From positions 98,720 through 130,719 of the forward strand of contig NZ_JBNTJU010000006.1 in the NCBI RefSeq assembly GCF_051195015.1: a DNA stretch of 32,000 nucleotides, given 5' to 3'. Shown here piece by piece: positions 9,073 through 17,361 of this stretch. The position numbers and the translations under genes were made by a program. The notes beneath the pieces are model-generated. The model worked only from the letters and a program-made list of their open reading frames with translations. It was not told the origin of the DNA and did no database searches. Positions within the stretch are counted from its first letter, which is position 1. Each line of letters starts with the position of its first letter. The stretch is from Halococcus sp. AFM35. Lineage in GTDB: Archaea; Halobacteriota; Halobacteria; Halobacteriales; Halococcaceae.

Positions 9073-9462
9073 ATGTTCGGAGGAGGCGGCGGTCTGAACC
9101 CGCAGAAGATGCAGCAGATGATGAAACAGATGGGCATCGACATCGAGGAGATCGATGCCGAGGAGATAATCATCCGCACCGGTGACGAGGAACTCGTCTT
9201 CGACGATGCCGAGGTCCAGCGGATGGACGCCCAAGGACAGGCGACCTACACCATCACGGGCGAGCCGGAGACGCGCGCGGCGGACGAGGAGGCGATACCG
9301 CTCGGCGAGGGCGACGAAGAGGATGCGGGCAGTGGGGATGCGGTTCCCGACTCGGACGTCGAAATCGTCTCTCAGCGCACGGGTGCGAGCGAGGACGCCG
9401 CACGCGAGGCGCTCGAAGCCGCAGACGGGGACCTCGCGGCGGCGGTCTCGCGGCTGGAGTGA
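9073..9462 (+). CDS. nac: Nascent polypeptide-associated complex protein (archaeal NAC alpha)
   Basis: This is track ORF 8998..9462, trimmed to ATG 9073 ([35 protein letters not shown]). It has a NAC domain and a C-terminal UBA-like [25 protein letters not shown]. Confidence 0.9.
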   Translation: MFGGGGGLNPQKMQQMMKQMGIDIEEIDAEEIIIRTGDEELVFDDAEVQRMDAQGQATYTITGEPETRAADEEAIPLGEGDEEDAGSGDAVPDSDVEIVSQRTGASEDAAREALEAADGDLAAAVSRLE

Positions 9463-10193
9463 CGGCCGTTTTGCTCGTCGGCGAGGGCCGCGAGTATCTC
9501 CGCGAGCCGGGCGCGAGGTTGGAGACGGACCTCGGCGTGCTCGACGTGCCAGAAGACGTAGCCTCCGGGGCGGTGCTCGAAACCCATCTCGGGACCGAGT
9601 TCGTGGTGCGGGACCTCCGTGGTCCGGACCTCTTCCATCACTTCGAGCGGACCGGCGCGCCGATGCTACCCCGGGATGTGGGTCTCGTGATGGGTCACAC
9701 CGGCGTTGCAGCGGGCGACAGGGTGCTCGATGCTGGGACCGGAACTGGCGTGCTCGCCGCCGCGCTCGGGCGTGTGGGTGCGTCGGTGGTGAGCTATGAG
9801 CGCGACCCGGAGTTCGCCGATGTCGCCCGCGAGAACATGACGCTGGCCGGTGTCGGTGAGGGGTCGGCTGGCGGTGGTGTCGAAGTGCGGACCGGCGACG
9901 TGCTCGACGACGCCGCCGCGCTCGGGGAGTTCGACCTGCTCACGCTCGACACCGAGGACGCGCCGGCGGTCGTCGAACACGCTCCTGAACTCTTGGTTCC
10001 CGGCGGGTTCGTCGCGGTCTATTCGCCGTTCGTCGAGAGCGCGCGCGAAGTCGTTGAAACACTCGACTCAGTGGGTCTCGACGCCGAAACCTACGAGACC
10101 ATCCAGCGCGAGATGGACTTCGACGAGCGCGGGACGCGCCCCTCGACGGCCGGTGTCGGCCACACGGGCTATCTGATTTTCGCGCGTAACTAG
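9459..10193 (+). CDS. trmI: tRNA (adenine-N1)-methyltransferase, TrmI/GCD14 family
   Basis: The SAM-binding motif is [15 protein letters not shown]. The N-terminal beta-domain and the C-terminal HTGYL fit the m1A57/58 methyltransferase family. The GTG start overlaps the nac stop (GTGA). Confidence 0.8.
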   Translation: MTAVLLVGEGREYLREPGARLETDLGVLDVPEDVASGAVLETHLGTEFVVRDLRGPDLFHHFERTGAPMLPRDVGLVMGHTGVAAGDRVLDAGTGTGVLAAALGRVGASVVSYERDPEFADVARENMTLAGVGEGSAGGGVEVRTGDVLDDAAALGEFDLLTLDTEDAPAVVEHAPELLVPGGFVAVYSPFVESAREVVETLDSVGLDAETYETIQREMDFDERGTRPSTAGVGHTGYLIFARN

Positions 10194-10440
10194 CGGTCGC
10201 GGCGGTTGCTGCCGCGGTGCGGTCGCCACGGCGGCTGCGGTGCTGTGCGGAACGGTGGCTGTGGCGGAGCGTCGATGACTGTGTCGCGGGGTGCGAGCGG
10301 GCTGCGGAATCCCCAAGCCAGCGGGGTAGTGACGCCGGCTTTTGCCAGCGATGGGTCGCCGAAGAGGAGTCGGAGTCGTCCGAGACGGGGCCGTCTCGTG
10401 ATGCCGAAAACGCCCTGCATCTTCGAGCACGCAGCAAAAG
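10194..10440 (-). repeat. Partial copy B of the intergenic repeat family, G-rich on the + strand
   Basis: GCGGCTGCGG (10231-10240) and its flanks align by eye at roughly 75 percent to the reverse complement of the ACCGC tract of copy A. The hairpin CGAGACGG-GG-CCGTCTCG is at 10381-10398. The 13-mer CCGTCTCGTGATG (10391-10403) is identical to 11225-11237. Confidence 0.65.
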
Positions 10441-10484
10441 TCGGGAATCAATAGGTAGTTAAACCATCCTTCCATACCCCGGGC

Positions 10485-11069
10485 ATGGTCGAGGTATTCG
10501 GGCTGTCGATAGGCGTCCTCTTGGTGGTGGTGATGGTGGCGTTGCACTTCTCGTCTGGCACCGAGCGGACCATCCCGGACGATATCTCCCAGTCGGTCCT
10601 CGAACGGCGTGCCGAGAGCGTGCCGGAGACGAACTTCCCCGAGCCGATGAACCGCTCCATCGGGGGCGGAGCAGCCCCGGCCGGGGCGGTCGGCGGCGAG
10701 GGCGAGGCCGAAGGCGAACTCGGCGAGGGCGGCGAAAGCGAAGAATCGTCGAGTCCGGCGGACATCCCCGACGACGAGGCCGAGGTCTTCGAAATCAACT
10801 ACGAGAAGGAAGGCGAGACCCTCGAAGTACCCGAAAACCAGACACTGCTCGAAGCTGGCGAAGAGCAGGGCTGGGACCTGCCCTACGCCTGTCGGGCCGG
10901 CCAGTGTCTCTCCTGTGGCGGCCACGTCGCCGACGGTCCCTCCGAGGACTATCTCACCCACGACGGCCAGGAGATGCTCGACGAGGACGAACTCGGCGAC
11001 GGCTACACGCTGACCTGTGTTGCCTACCCGACCGCCGACATGACGCTCGAAACGAACGAGACGCCCTGA
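10485..11069 (+). CDS. Plant-type 2Fe-2S ferredoxin with an N-terminal transmembrane anchor and an acidic linker
   Basis: The C-terminal domain is ...PYACRAGQCLSCGGHV...LTCVAYP (C-x4-C-x2-C...C). The N-terminal hydrophobic helix is FGLSIGVLLVVVMVALHF. About 70 aa of Gly/Glu-rich linker lie between them. Confidence 0.85.
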   Translation: MVEVFGLSIGVLLVVVMVALHFSSGTERTIPDDISQSVLERRAESVPETNFPEPMNRSIGGGAAPAGAVGGEGEAEGELGEGGESEESSSPADIPDDEAEVFEINYEKEGETLEVPENQTLLEAGEEQGWDLPYACRAGQCLSCGGHVADGPSEDYLTHDGQEMLDEDELGDGYTLTCVAYPTADMTLETNETP

Positions 11070-11117
11070 GCGGACTTTCACAACGCCTAAACCACCGACC
11101 TCCCTGTCCGTTTCCGT

Positions 11118-11190
11118 GGGCGCGTAGCTCAGTGGATAGAGTTCTTGGTTCCGGACCAAGACGTCGCGGGTTCAAATCCCGTCGCGCCCG
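11118..11190 (+). tRNA. tRNA-Arg (anticodon CCG)
   Basis: A hand-folded cloverleaf works. The acceptor is GGGCGCG/CGCGCCC and the D arm is GCTC-AGTGGATA-GAGT. The anticodon arm is CTTGG-TTCCGGA-CCAAG, the variable loop is ACGTC and the T arm is GCGGG-TTCAAAT-CCCGT. The discriminator is G. It is 73 nt, with no encoded CCA and no intron. Confidence 0.9.
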
Positions 11191-11289
11191 TGAGCGAGGA
11201 ACGGAATCGTTCGAGACGGCGAAGCCGTCTCGTGATGACGAGCGAACCGGCACGCGGATTTGAATCAGGGAGTGGCGCGAAGCGACCGT

Positions 11290-11311
11290 GGTTCAAATCC
11301 CGTCGCGCCCG
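11290..11311 (+). repeat. Direct duplicate of the tRNA-Arg 3' end (22 nt), att-like
   Basis: GGTTCAAATCCCGTCGCGCCCG at 11290-11311 is identical to 11169-11190 (T loop plus 3' acceptor strand). No matching 5' tRNA half lies upstream, so it is not a second tRNA. Confidence 0.85.
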
Positions 11312-11342
11312 CTCGTCCGGTGAAGCGACGCCCTTTTGCACT

Positions 11343-11358
11343 CTGACTGAATAGTCAG
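11343..11358. promoter_or_regulatory. Inverted repeat CTGACT-GAAT-AGTCAG directly upstream of the TetR start; candidate autoregulatory operator
   Basis: It is a perfect 6-4-6 palindrome ending 2 nt before ATG 11361. The T-rich element CTTTTGCA sits at about -27 to -30. TetR-family repressors typically bind palindromes overlapping their own promoter. Confidence 0.4.
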
Positions 11359-11360
11359 TT

Positions 11361-11966
11361 ATGATGAGTGCGGACACCGACCGCAGCGAGACGGAGGCCG
11401 AAATCATGGAGGCGACGTACCGGGCGCTGTGTGAACACGGGTATGCCGACCTCACGATTCAGACGATTGCCGACGAGTTCGACAAGAGCAAATCACTCTT
11501 GTACTATCATTACGACACGAAAGACGAAATCCTCATCGCCTTCCTCGACTATCTGCTCGACCAGTTCACCGTCGAGGACGCGGTCGAGGGGGGCGATAGC
11601 CCGGACGAGCAGTTGCGCGCGCTCGTCGAACAGTTCCTACCCCTGTCACCGTCCGACGAACAGCGGGAGTTCCAGCTCGCGCTGTTCGAGCTGCGCTCGC
11701 GGGCGCTCTCGAAGCCAGCCTACCGCGAGCAGTTCACTCGCGTCGACCGTCTCATCCACGACGCCTTCGTCGACGTGCTCGCGGCCGGTATCGAGGATGG
11801 GACCTTCCATGCGGTCGATGTCGACGAGACGGCTGCGCTGCTGGTCTCGACGGTCACTGGTGCGATGTTGCGCCGCGTGACCGCCGACAGGGACGTCACC
11901 ACCCCCACCCGTGCGGCCGTCGCTACGTTCCTCGATTCGTTGGTGGTCGATACCGAGGAAGACTGA
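11361..11966 (+). CDS. TetR/AcrR family transcriptional regulator
   Basis: The N-terminal TetR HTH is IMEATYRALCEHGYADLTIQTIADEFDKSKSLLYYHYDTKDEIL. The C-terminal domain is helical and ligand-type. The protein is 201 aa. Confidence 0.88.
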   Translation: MMSADTDRSETEAEIMEATYRALCEHGYADLTIQTIADEFDKSKSLLYYHYDTKDEILIAFLDYLLDQFTVEDAVEGGDSPDEQLRALVEQFLPLSPSDEQREFQLALFELRSRALSKPAYREQFTRVDRLIHDAFVDVLAAGIEDGTFHAVDVDETAALLVSTVTGAMLRRVTADRDVTTPTRAAVATFLDSLVVDTEED

Positions 11967-12047
11967 CGGGATCTGTCGCTCACTCGGGTGACCGTTCGCA
12001 GTGCGGTCGTCCGATACCCTCAAACCACAGCCCCACCGGTGTCCGGT

Positions 12048-14492
12048 ATGGAGTTCCACGAGGCGGCAAACTTCCTCTTCGGGCTGCGTCGGTATCCGCC
12101 ACGACCGGGACTGGACGCGACGGCGGATCTCCTTTCGTATCTCGACGACCCACACGACGGGGTGACGTTCGTTCAGATCGCCGGCTCGAACGGCAAGGGA
12201 AGCACCGCGAGACTGCTCGAATCGGTGCTTCGGGAGGCGGGTCTCGACGTCGGTCTCTACACCTCGCCACATCTCGACTCCGTCCGCGAACGCGTCCGCG
12301 TCAACGACCGCATGTTGTCCGAGAGCGCACTCACCGAGTACGTCGAGACCGTCAGACCATACGTCCTCGACCGGGCGGCCGCCGGCGAGTCGCCCACCTT
12401 CTTCGAGGTTGTCACCGGGATGGCACTGTGGGAGTTCCAGCGGCAGTCGGTCGACGTCGCCGTGCTCGAAGTCGGTCTCGGCGGGCGCTACGACGCGACC
12501 AGCGTCGTCGAGCCGGTGGCGAGTGCCGTCACCAGCGTCGCGCTCGAACACACCGACACCCTCGGCGACACAGTAGCGGAGATCGGGCGCGATATGGCCA
12601 CCGTCGCACCCCGGCGGAACGAACTCGTGACCGCCGCGACCGGCGACGCGCGCGCGGCAATCACAGAAAGTGTCGACGACGCACTGACAGTCGGCCCGGA
12701 CGGTGACATAGCAGTGCACTACGACGGACGGGTGGATATCGAGAGCGCCATCGGGCTTTCGGGCAATGACTGGCGTCTCGAAACACGGCTCTCGTTGCTG
12801 GGTGCGCATCAGGCGAACAACGCCGGCGTCGCGACGGCACTTGCCCGACAGGTCGCCGACGAGTTCGCCATCGACCTCGATGAGGAGACCCTCGCCGCCG
12901 GGCTGCGTGGGGCGTACTGGCCCGGCCGTTTCGAGGTGCTCGAACGCGATCCATTGGTGGTGCTCGACGGTGCACACAACCCCGGCGCGTGCGAGCGCCT
13001 CGCCGACACCTTGGGCGAGTTCGACTTCGAGGACCTCCATCTGGTCTTCGGCGCGCTCGCCGACAAGGACCATCGGAGAATGGCCGACGCGCTCCCCACG
13101 CCCGAGCACGTCGTCGCCTGCCGGCCGGACGTCCCGCGCGCCGAGGACAACGCGGTTCTCGCGGACGTCTTCGAGGAGAGTCACGTCGAGACCCGCAGCG
13201 ACGTCACGGATGCGCTCCGAGCCGCGATGAAGGAAGCCAGTTCCGACGACTGCGTGCTCGTCTGTGGCTCGCTCTATACGGTGCGCGAGGCGCGAACGCG
13301 CTGGAGCCGCCTCGACGTGCCCAAAGCAATCGACGGACTCGACGATGCGCGCCGCGCGCTCGAAAACACCCACGTCACCGACGCGGGGACCTACCGGATG
13401 CGCGGCAAAGCCGTCCATCGGGCGCTGAAGACCCGCGTGCGCCCGCGACAGGCCCAATATCTCAAGGAGGAACTCCTCTCGCTCGGCGGCGAGTGCGCTC
13501 TTTCAGGACTCAACGACCAAGACGAGGAGTATCTCGACGTGCTCATGCTGGGGACGCTCGCGCAGTTCAAACGCCTCTCCGAGAAACTCGCCGCCCAGCC
13601 CTATGGACTGGAGCCGCTCGCCGACGGGGTTCGGGAGGCGCTCTCGATAGGCGTCGAGTCCGACTCCCGTGGCTACCCGTGGGAGGAGGGGACGGCGGTG
13701 ATGGGTATCCTCAACGTGACGCCCGACAGCTTCCACGACGGCGGCGAGTTCAACAGTATCGAGACTGCGGTCCGGCGGGCCGAGGCGATGGTCGAGGAAG
13801 GGGTGGACATCATCGACGTGGGCGGTGAGAGCACCCGTCCCGGCGCGGAACCGGTCTCGGCCGACGAAGAGCGCGAGCGCGTGGTGCCCGTCATCGAGCG
13901 CATCAGCGAGTTCGATGCCCTGATTGCGGTCGACACCCGGAAGGCGGCGGTCGCGCGCGCAGCACTCGACGCCGGTGCAGACATCGTGAACGACGTTTCC
14001 GGATTGGCGGACCCCGAGATGCGCTTCGTCGCCGCCGAGTACGACTGCCCGCTGGTCGTGATGCACAGCATCGATACGCCCGTGGACCCCGATTCGACCC
14101 CCGAATACGACGACGTGGTCGAGGATACCATCCGCGAGCTACGCGAGCGCGTGCTGCTCGCCGAGAAGGCGGGTCTCGATAGGAGAAAAATCATCGTCGA
14201 CCCCGGTATCGGCTTCGGAAAGGACAGGAAAGAGAACTTCGCAATCCTCGGTCGGCTGGGCGAGTTCGACGCGCTCGACTGCCCGATTCTGTTCGGCCAC
14301 TCGCACAAGTCGATGTTCGACCTCGTCGGCAGCGAGGACGAGCGCCTACCAGCGACGGTGGCCGCGAGCGCGCTGGCCGCCGAGCGCGGTGCGGACATCG
14401 TGCGCGTTCACGACGTGGCCGAAAACGTCGCCGCCGTGGGCGTCAGCGAGGCGGCAACGGCCCCGAACGAGTTCGACAGCTCGGACGATTAG
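12048..14492 (+). CDS. folCP: Bifunctional folylpolyglutamate/dihydrofolate synthase - dihydropteroate synthase (FolC-FolP fusion)
   Basis: This is track ORF 11988..14492, with the start taken at ATG 12048 ([11 protein letters not shown]). The N-terminal Mur-ligase/FolC P-loop is GSNGKGST. The C-terminal pterin-binding DHPS domain has [27 protein letters not shown] and VMH. This fusion is described for Haloferax volcanii. Confidence 0.88.
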   Translation: MEFHEAANFLFGLRRYPPRPGLDATADLLSYLDDPHDGVTFVQIAGSNGKGSTARLLESVLREAGLDVGLYTSPHLDSVRERVRVNDRMLSESALTEYVETVRPYVLDRAAAGESPTFFEVVTGMALWEFQRQSVDVAVLEVGLGGRYDATSVVEPVASAVTSVALEHTDTLGDTVAEIGRDMATVAPRRNELVTAATGDARAAITESVDDALTVGPDGDIAVHYDGRVDIESAIGLSGNDWRLETRLSLLGAHQANNAGVATALARQVADEFAIDLDEETLAAGLRGAYWPGRFEVLERDPLVVLDGAHNPGACERLADTLGEFDFEDLHLVFGALADKDHRRMADALPTPEHVVACRPDVPRAEDNAVLADVFEESHVETRSDVTDALRAAMKEASSDDCVLVCGSLYTVREARTRWSRLDVPKAIDGLDDARRALENTHVTDAGTYRMRGKAVHRALKTRVRPRQAQYLKEELLSLGGECALSGLNDQDEEYLDVLMLGTLAQFKRLSEKLAAQPYGLEPLADGVREALSIGVESDSRGYPWEEGTAVMGILNVTPDSFHDGGEFNSIETAVRRAEAMVEEGVDIIDVGGESTRPGAEPVSADEERERVVPVIERISEFDALIAVDTRKAAVARAALDAGADIVNDVSGLADPEMRFVAAEYDCPLVVMHSIDTPVDPDSTPEYDDVVEDTIRELRERVLLAEKAGLDRRKIIVDPGIGFGKDRKENFAILGRLGEFDALDCPILFGHSHKSMFDLVGSEDERLPATVAASALAAERGADIVRVHDVAENVAAVGVSEAATAPNEFDSSDD

Positions 14493-15472
14493 GTCGCTGT
14501 GGTGGTTGTTGACTCCGCCGTCGCAGTCGTCGTCACGGTTTCGGTTGCAGTGTCCGTTGCCGTGGTCGTTGCGGCTGCGATGACGGTCGAGGTATCGGTT
14601 GCGGTGGGCGATTGCGTCGCGGTTGCTGTCGGCTCCGGCGTAACCGTTGTCATCGGCTGACGCTCCGTCGATAGCCCCGTTGACGGTTCCGTTTCAGCGG
14701 TCGTCGGCGACTCGGTTGGCGTGTCCGTCGCGGTCTCGATGGCTGTTGGCGTCGGCGTCTCCGTGGCCGTCACTGGTGTCGTCGTGGTCGTCGAAGAACT
14801 CGTCGCGGTTGTCGTCTCGGATTCCGTCGTCGATTCATCGCTCGGCGGTGCGGTGGTCGTCTCCGTCGTACTCTGTGTGTCCGTCTCCGAGGGTGGCGGC
14901 GTATCGGTCGGCGTTGGCGTGGCGGTCGGTGTCGGCGTTTCGGTCTCGGTAGGCGTTCGCGTGGGTGTCTCGGTCGGCGTTTCGGTTTCTTCCGGCGTAG
15001 CAGTCGGCGTTGGCGTTGCGGTGTCCGCCGGTTCTGCAGTGTCGGTTTCGGTTGCCGTCGGCGTCGCGGTCGCCGTTTCGGTTGGCGTTTGCGTGTCGGT
15101 CTCGGTCGACGTATCGGTTGACGTTTCGGTCGCCGTAGCCGTCGGCATTGCTGTGGCGGTCGGTGTTGCTGTCGCAGTCGGCGTCGGCGTTTCGGTCGCC
15201 GTCGAAGTCGACTGGGCGGTCGTCGCGGTGGCGTTTGCGGTGGTCGGGATGGCCGTCGTGTTGTTCGCCGGGGCGGCCCCCACGCCGGAGCGGTCGGCGT
15301 CGGCCGGACCGTTCGGGCTGCCCCCGAGATAGTCAGTGACGAGAAACCCCACACCGGCGAGCAAGACGAGCACGACCACGACGCCGACGGCCGGTGCTAG
15401 CCACTTCTCGACGTTCGAGAGGCCCTCGCGGTCGAGCAGCCCCGAATCCGATTCCGGCCCCGGTTCGATCAC
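14489..15472 (-). CDS. Membrane-anchored Thr/Pro/Glu/Ala-rich low-complexity (mucin-like) surface protein
   Basis: A short N-terminus (GTG start; the start is uncertain) is followed by one TM helix, [22 protein letters not shown]. About 260 aa of [12 protein letters not shown]-type degenerate repeats follow, with no globular domain and no PGF-CTERM. The opposite-strand ORF (VGVGVSVAV...) is a shadow. Its stop overlaps the folCP stop. Confidence 0.65.
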   Translation of the reverse strand: MIEPGPESDSGLLDREGLSNVEKWLAPAVGVVVVLVLLAGVGFLVTDYLGGSPNGPADADRSGVGAAPANNTTAIPTTANATATTAQSTSTATETPTPTATATPTATAMPTATATETSTDTSTETDTQTPTETATATPTATETDTAEPADTATPTPTATPEETETPTETPTRTPTETETPTPTATPTPTDTPPPSETDTQSTTETTTAPPSDESTTESETTTATSSSTTTTTPVTATETPTPTAIETATDTPTESPTTAETEPSTGLSTERQPMTTVTPEPTATATQSPTATDTSTVIAAATTTATDTATETVTTTATAESTTTTAT

Positions 15473-15852
15473 GGTCGCCGTCGATAGGAGCCGTTGCCTT
15501 ATCTGTCTTGTCCGTTCGTTTACTGGTAATGTGGTGACGCTTTCGCGGTGAGAATAGATCTGGTTATCTCATCCGAAGGGATCTGTCCCCGACAGCGGTG
15601 GCGAGGTCGAACAGGTCGTCGCGCGTCGGCGAACAGGTCGTCCCCGTCGAGACCTGAGTTTCGACGGCGAGGGCCACGGCATCGTCAAGCGCGACGACCC
15701 CATTGCAGCTACACCGCAATCACCGAATCCCCGACGAACACGTCCGAGTGGGCCGCCAAATCGGGATGAAATCGGGCAAAACGGCGTGAAACGAGTTCAC
15801 ACGAGGCTGAACGAACCTCCGGCTTTATTGTGAGTCGATACCGTGTGGAGAT

Positions 15853-16362
15853 ATGGACGACGCCGAACGGTCAGAACAGTGGGTGACGAACCAGCTCGAC
15901 CGGCTGGAGGACACCTATGGCTCAGCACCGGTCCACCAGCTCGGTTGGACCGTGCCTGCGGGGCGCTACGAGCGGGCGGCCGACGCCGAGGAGACCGAGC
16001 GAGCGGCAGCGGGCGTACACGTGACGAACGATGCCGAGGAGGTGTTGCTGGTTCGCGACCGCGGTGGCGAGTGGGCCTGTCCGCGCGGGCCGGTCGAGAC
16101 CGGCGAATCGCTCGAAGCGGGAGCCAAACGCAACGTGCGCGAGGCGACCGGCATCGCCTGTACCATCGAATCCGTCGAGCGGGTCACCATCGTCGGCATC
16201 GGCGACGAGACCGACCGCGAGCGCCCACAGATATACTGTCTCGTCGTGCGCTTCGTCGGCTCGTGCGGTCCCGACGAGCGCGTCGAGTGTACCGAAAGTC
16301 CCGTACGGTGGCGCAGTAGCCGCCCGACCGACCGCCTCGATGCGGGCGTGCTGGCCATCTGA
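15853..16362 (+). CDS. NUDIX hydrolase
   Basis: The Nudix box is GPVETGESLEAGAKRNVREATGI (G-x5-E-x7-REUxEExGU). The protein is 169 aa. Confidence 0.82.
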   Translation: MDDAERSEQWVTNQLDRLEDTYGSAPVHQLGWTVPAGRYERAADAEETERAAAGVHVTNDAEEVLLVRDRGGEWACPRGPVETGESLEAGAKRNVREATGIACTIESVERVTIVGIGDETDRERPQIYCLVVRFVGSCGPDERVECTESPVRWRSSRPTDRLDAGVLAI

Positions 16363-16406
16363 ATCGAGAGACAGATACATGGCCACCGGGAGCCTATCGG
16401 CGGCGA

Positions 16407-17174
16407 ATGGTTCGTTCGCTGCTGCGGGGGGTCGGATGGCTGCTTTCGGTCCTCGTTCGCGTCGCGTTCGTGCTCGCGGTCGTCGCTTTCGCCGCCAGCT
16501 TCGCCCTCGGCGGTCTGCCAGCCGATACGGGAGTGGACGAGGTGCTCGGCGACCTCGGTGTCTCCTCCGATGTCGGTGATATCGACGCGCTCGGCGATGC
16601 CGGCGGTGGAGGCATTGGTGGTATCTCCGATGTGGGCATACAGAACGATACCGACGCGAGCGACGCGCCGACCGTTCCGGCGTCGAGCACGGCCGAACTC
16701 AACGGAACGGAACTCGAATATCTCGTCCATCGGTATGTCAACGCCGAGCGCGCCGAGCGCGGAAAATCCAATTTGACCTTCGACACCGACCTCCGGGCGG
16801 TCGCACGCTATCACAGCGCCGACATGGCGAATCGGAGCTACTTCTCGCATGTGGGTCCCGACGGCGAGACGCTCGCTGACCGCTACCGCCGGTTCGACTA
16901 CCAGTGTCGCGTCAAAACCGGAACCTTCCAGTACGCGACCGGCGGCGAGAACATCCTCTACACCTACTACGACGCGCCGGTTGCGATGGGCAATCGGACA
17001 GTCGAGTACGATTCACCCGAGGAACTCGCTCGCGGCATCGTCAACGGCTGGATGAATTCGACGAGCCACCGGAAGAACCTGCTCAAACCCTACTGGGAGC
17101 GCGAGGCCATCGGCATCCACATCGAACGGGTCGACGGCCGGACCCGGGTGTACGCAACCCAGAACTTCTGTTGA
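16407..17174 (+). CDS. CAP/SCP/PR1-like domain protein with an N-terminal membrane anchor
   Basis: The N-terminal TM is WLLSVLVRVAFVLAVVAFAASFAL, followed by a Gly/Asp linker. The CAP-domain motifs are YHSADMANRSYFSH, GENI and GWMNSTSHRKNLL. Confidence 0.78.
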   Translation: MVRSLLRGVGWLLSVLVRVAFVLAVVAFAASFALGGLPADTGVDEVLGDLGVSSDVGDIDALGDAGGGGIGGISDVGIQNDTDASDAPTVPASSTAELNGTELEYLVHRYVNAERAERGKSNLTFDTDLRAVARYHSADMANRSYFSHVGPDGETLADRYRRFDYQCRVKTGTFQYATGGENILYTYYDAPVAMGNRTVEYDSPEELARGIVNGWMNSTSHRKNLLKPYWEREAIGIHIERVDGRTRVYATQNFC

Positions 17175-17216
17175 ACCGACCACAAACGGTATGTGGTCCG
17201 TCCTCGCAGTCCGCGC

Positions 17217-17357
17217 ATGGTCAGTCGTTCGACGTGGTTGATACTCGTCGGTGTCGTCCTGCTCTTCCTACCCGTCCCACCCATTCTGAGCGCCGTTGCC
17301 GGTGTGGGTGTCATCATCGCGGGCGTGGCGCTCCGGTTCGTCGGCGACGACAACTGA
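17217..17357 (+). CDS. Small hydrophobic protein (46 aa, two predicted TM helices)
   Basis: It is not in the ORF track because it is under 60 aa. ATG 17217 to TGA 17355-17357 translates to MVSRSTWLILVGVVLLFLPVPPILSAVAGVGVIIAGVALRFVGDDN. Third-position GC is high and typical of the genuine genes here. It fills the gap before the convergent helicase. Confidence 0.5.
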   Translation: MVSRSTWLILVGVVLLFLPVPPILSAVAGVGVIIAGVALRFVGDDN

Positions 17358-17361
17358 GGGT

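Noticed and set aside
11264-11311. A possible second tRNA or tRNA half downstream of tRNA-Arg
   Set aside because: Only the T loop and 3' acceptor strand are present. The would-be T stem pairs at 2 of 5 positions, and there is no 5' acceptor strand, D arm or anticodon arm. It is better read as a duplicated att-like fragment.
11646-13457. 603-aa ORF on the minus strand
   Set aside because: It is antisense to the well-supported TetR and folCP genes. The product is Arg/Gly/Val-rich with no motifs. It is a typical shadow ORF of a high-GC genome.
14560-15300. Periodic short repeats that could be mistaken for a CRISPR-like array
   Set aside because: The period is 6-18 nt, with no unique spacers of ~30-40 nt and no conserved ~30-nt repeat. 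The periodicity is explained by coding low-complexity repeats.
14721-15332. 203-aa plus-strand ORF ([11 protein letters not shown]...) opposite the Thr/Pro-rich gene
   Set aside because: It is the mirror image of the ACN-codon repeats. It has no start context, no charged residues and no TM-plus-ectodomain logic. The minus frame gives a coherent anchored acidic protein.
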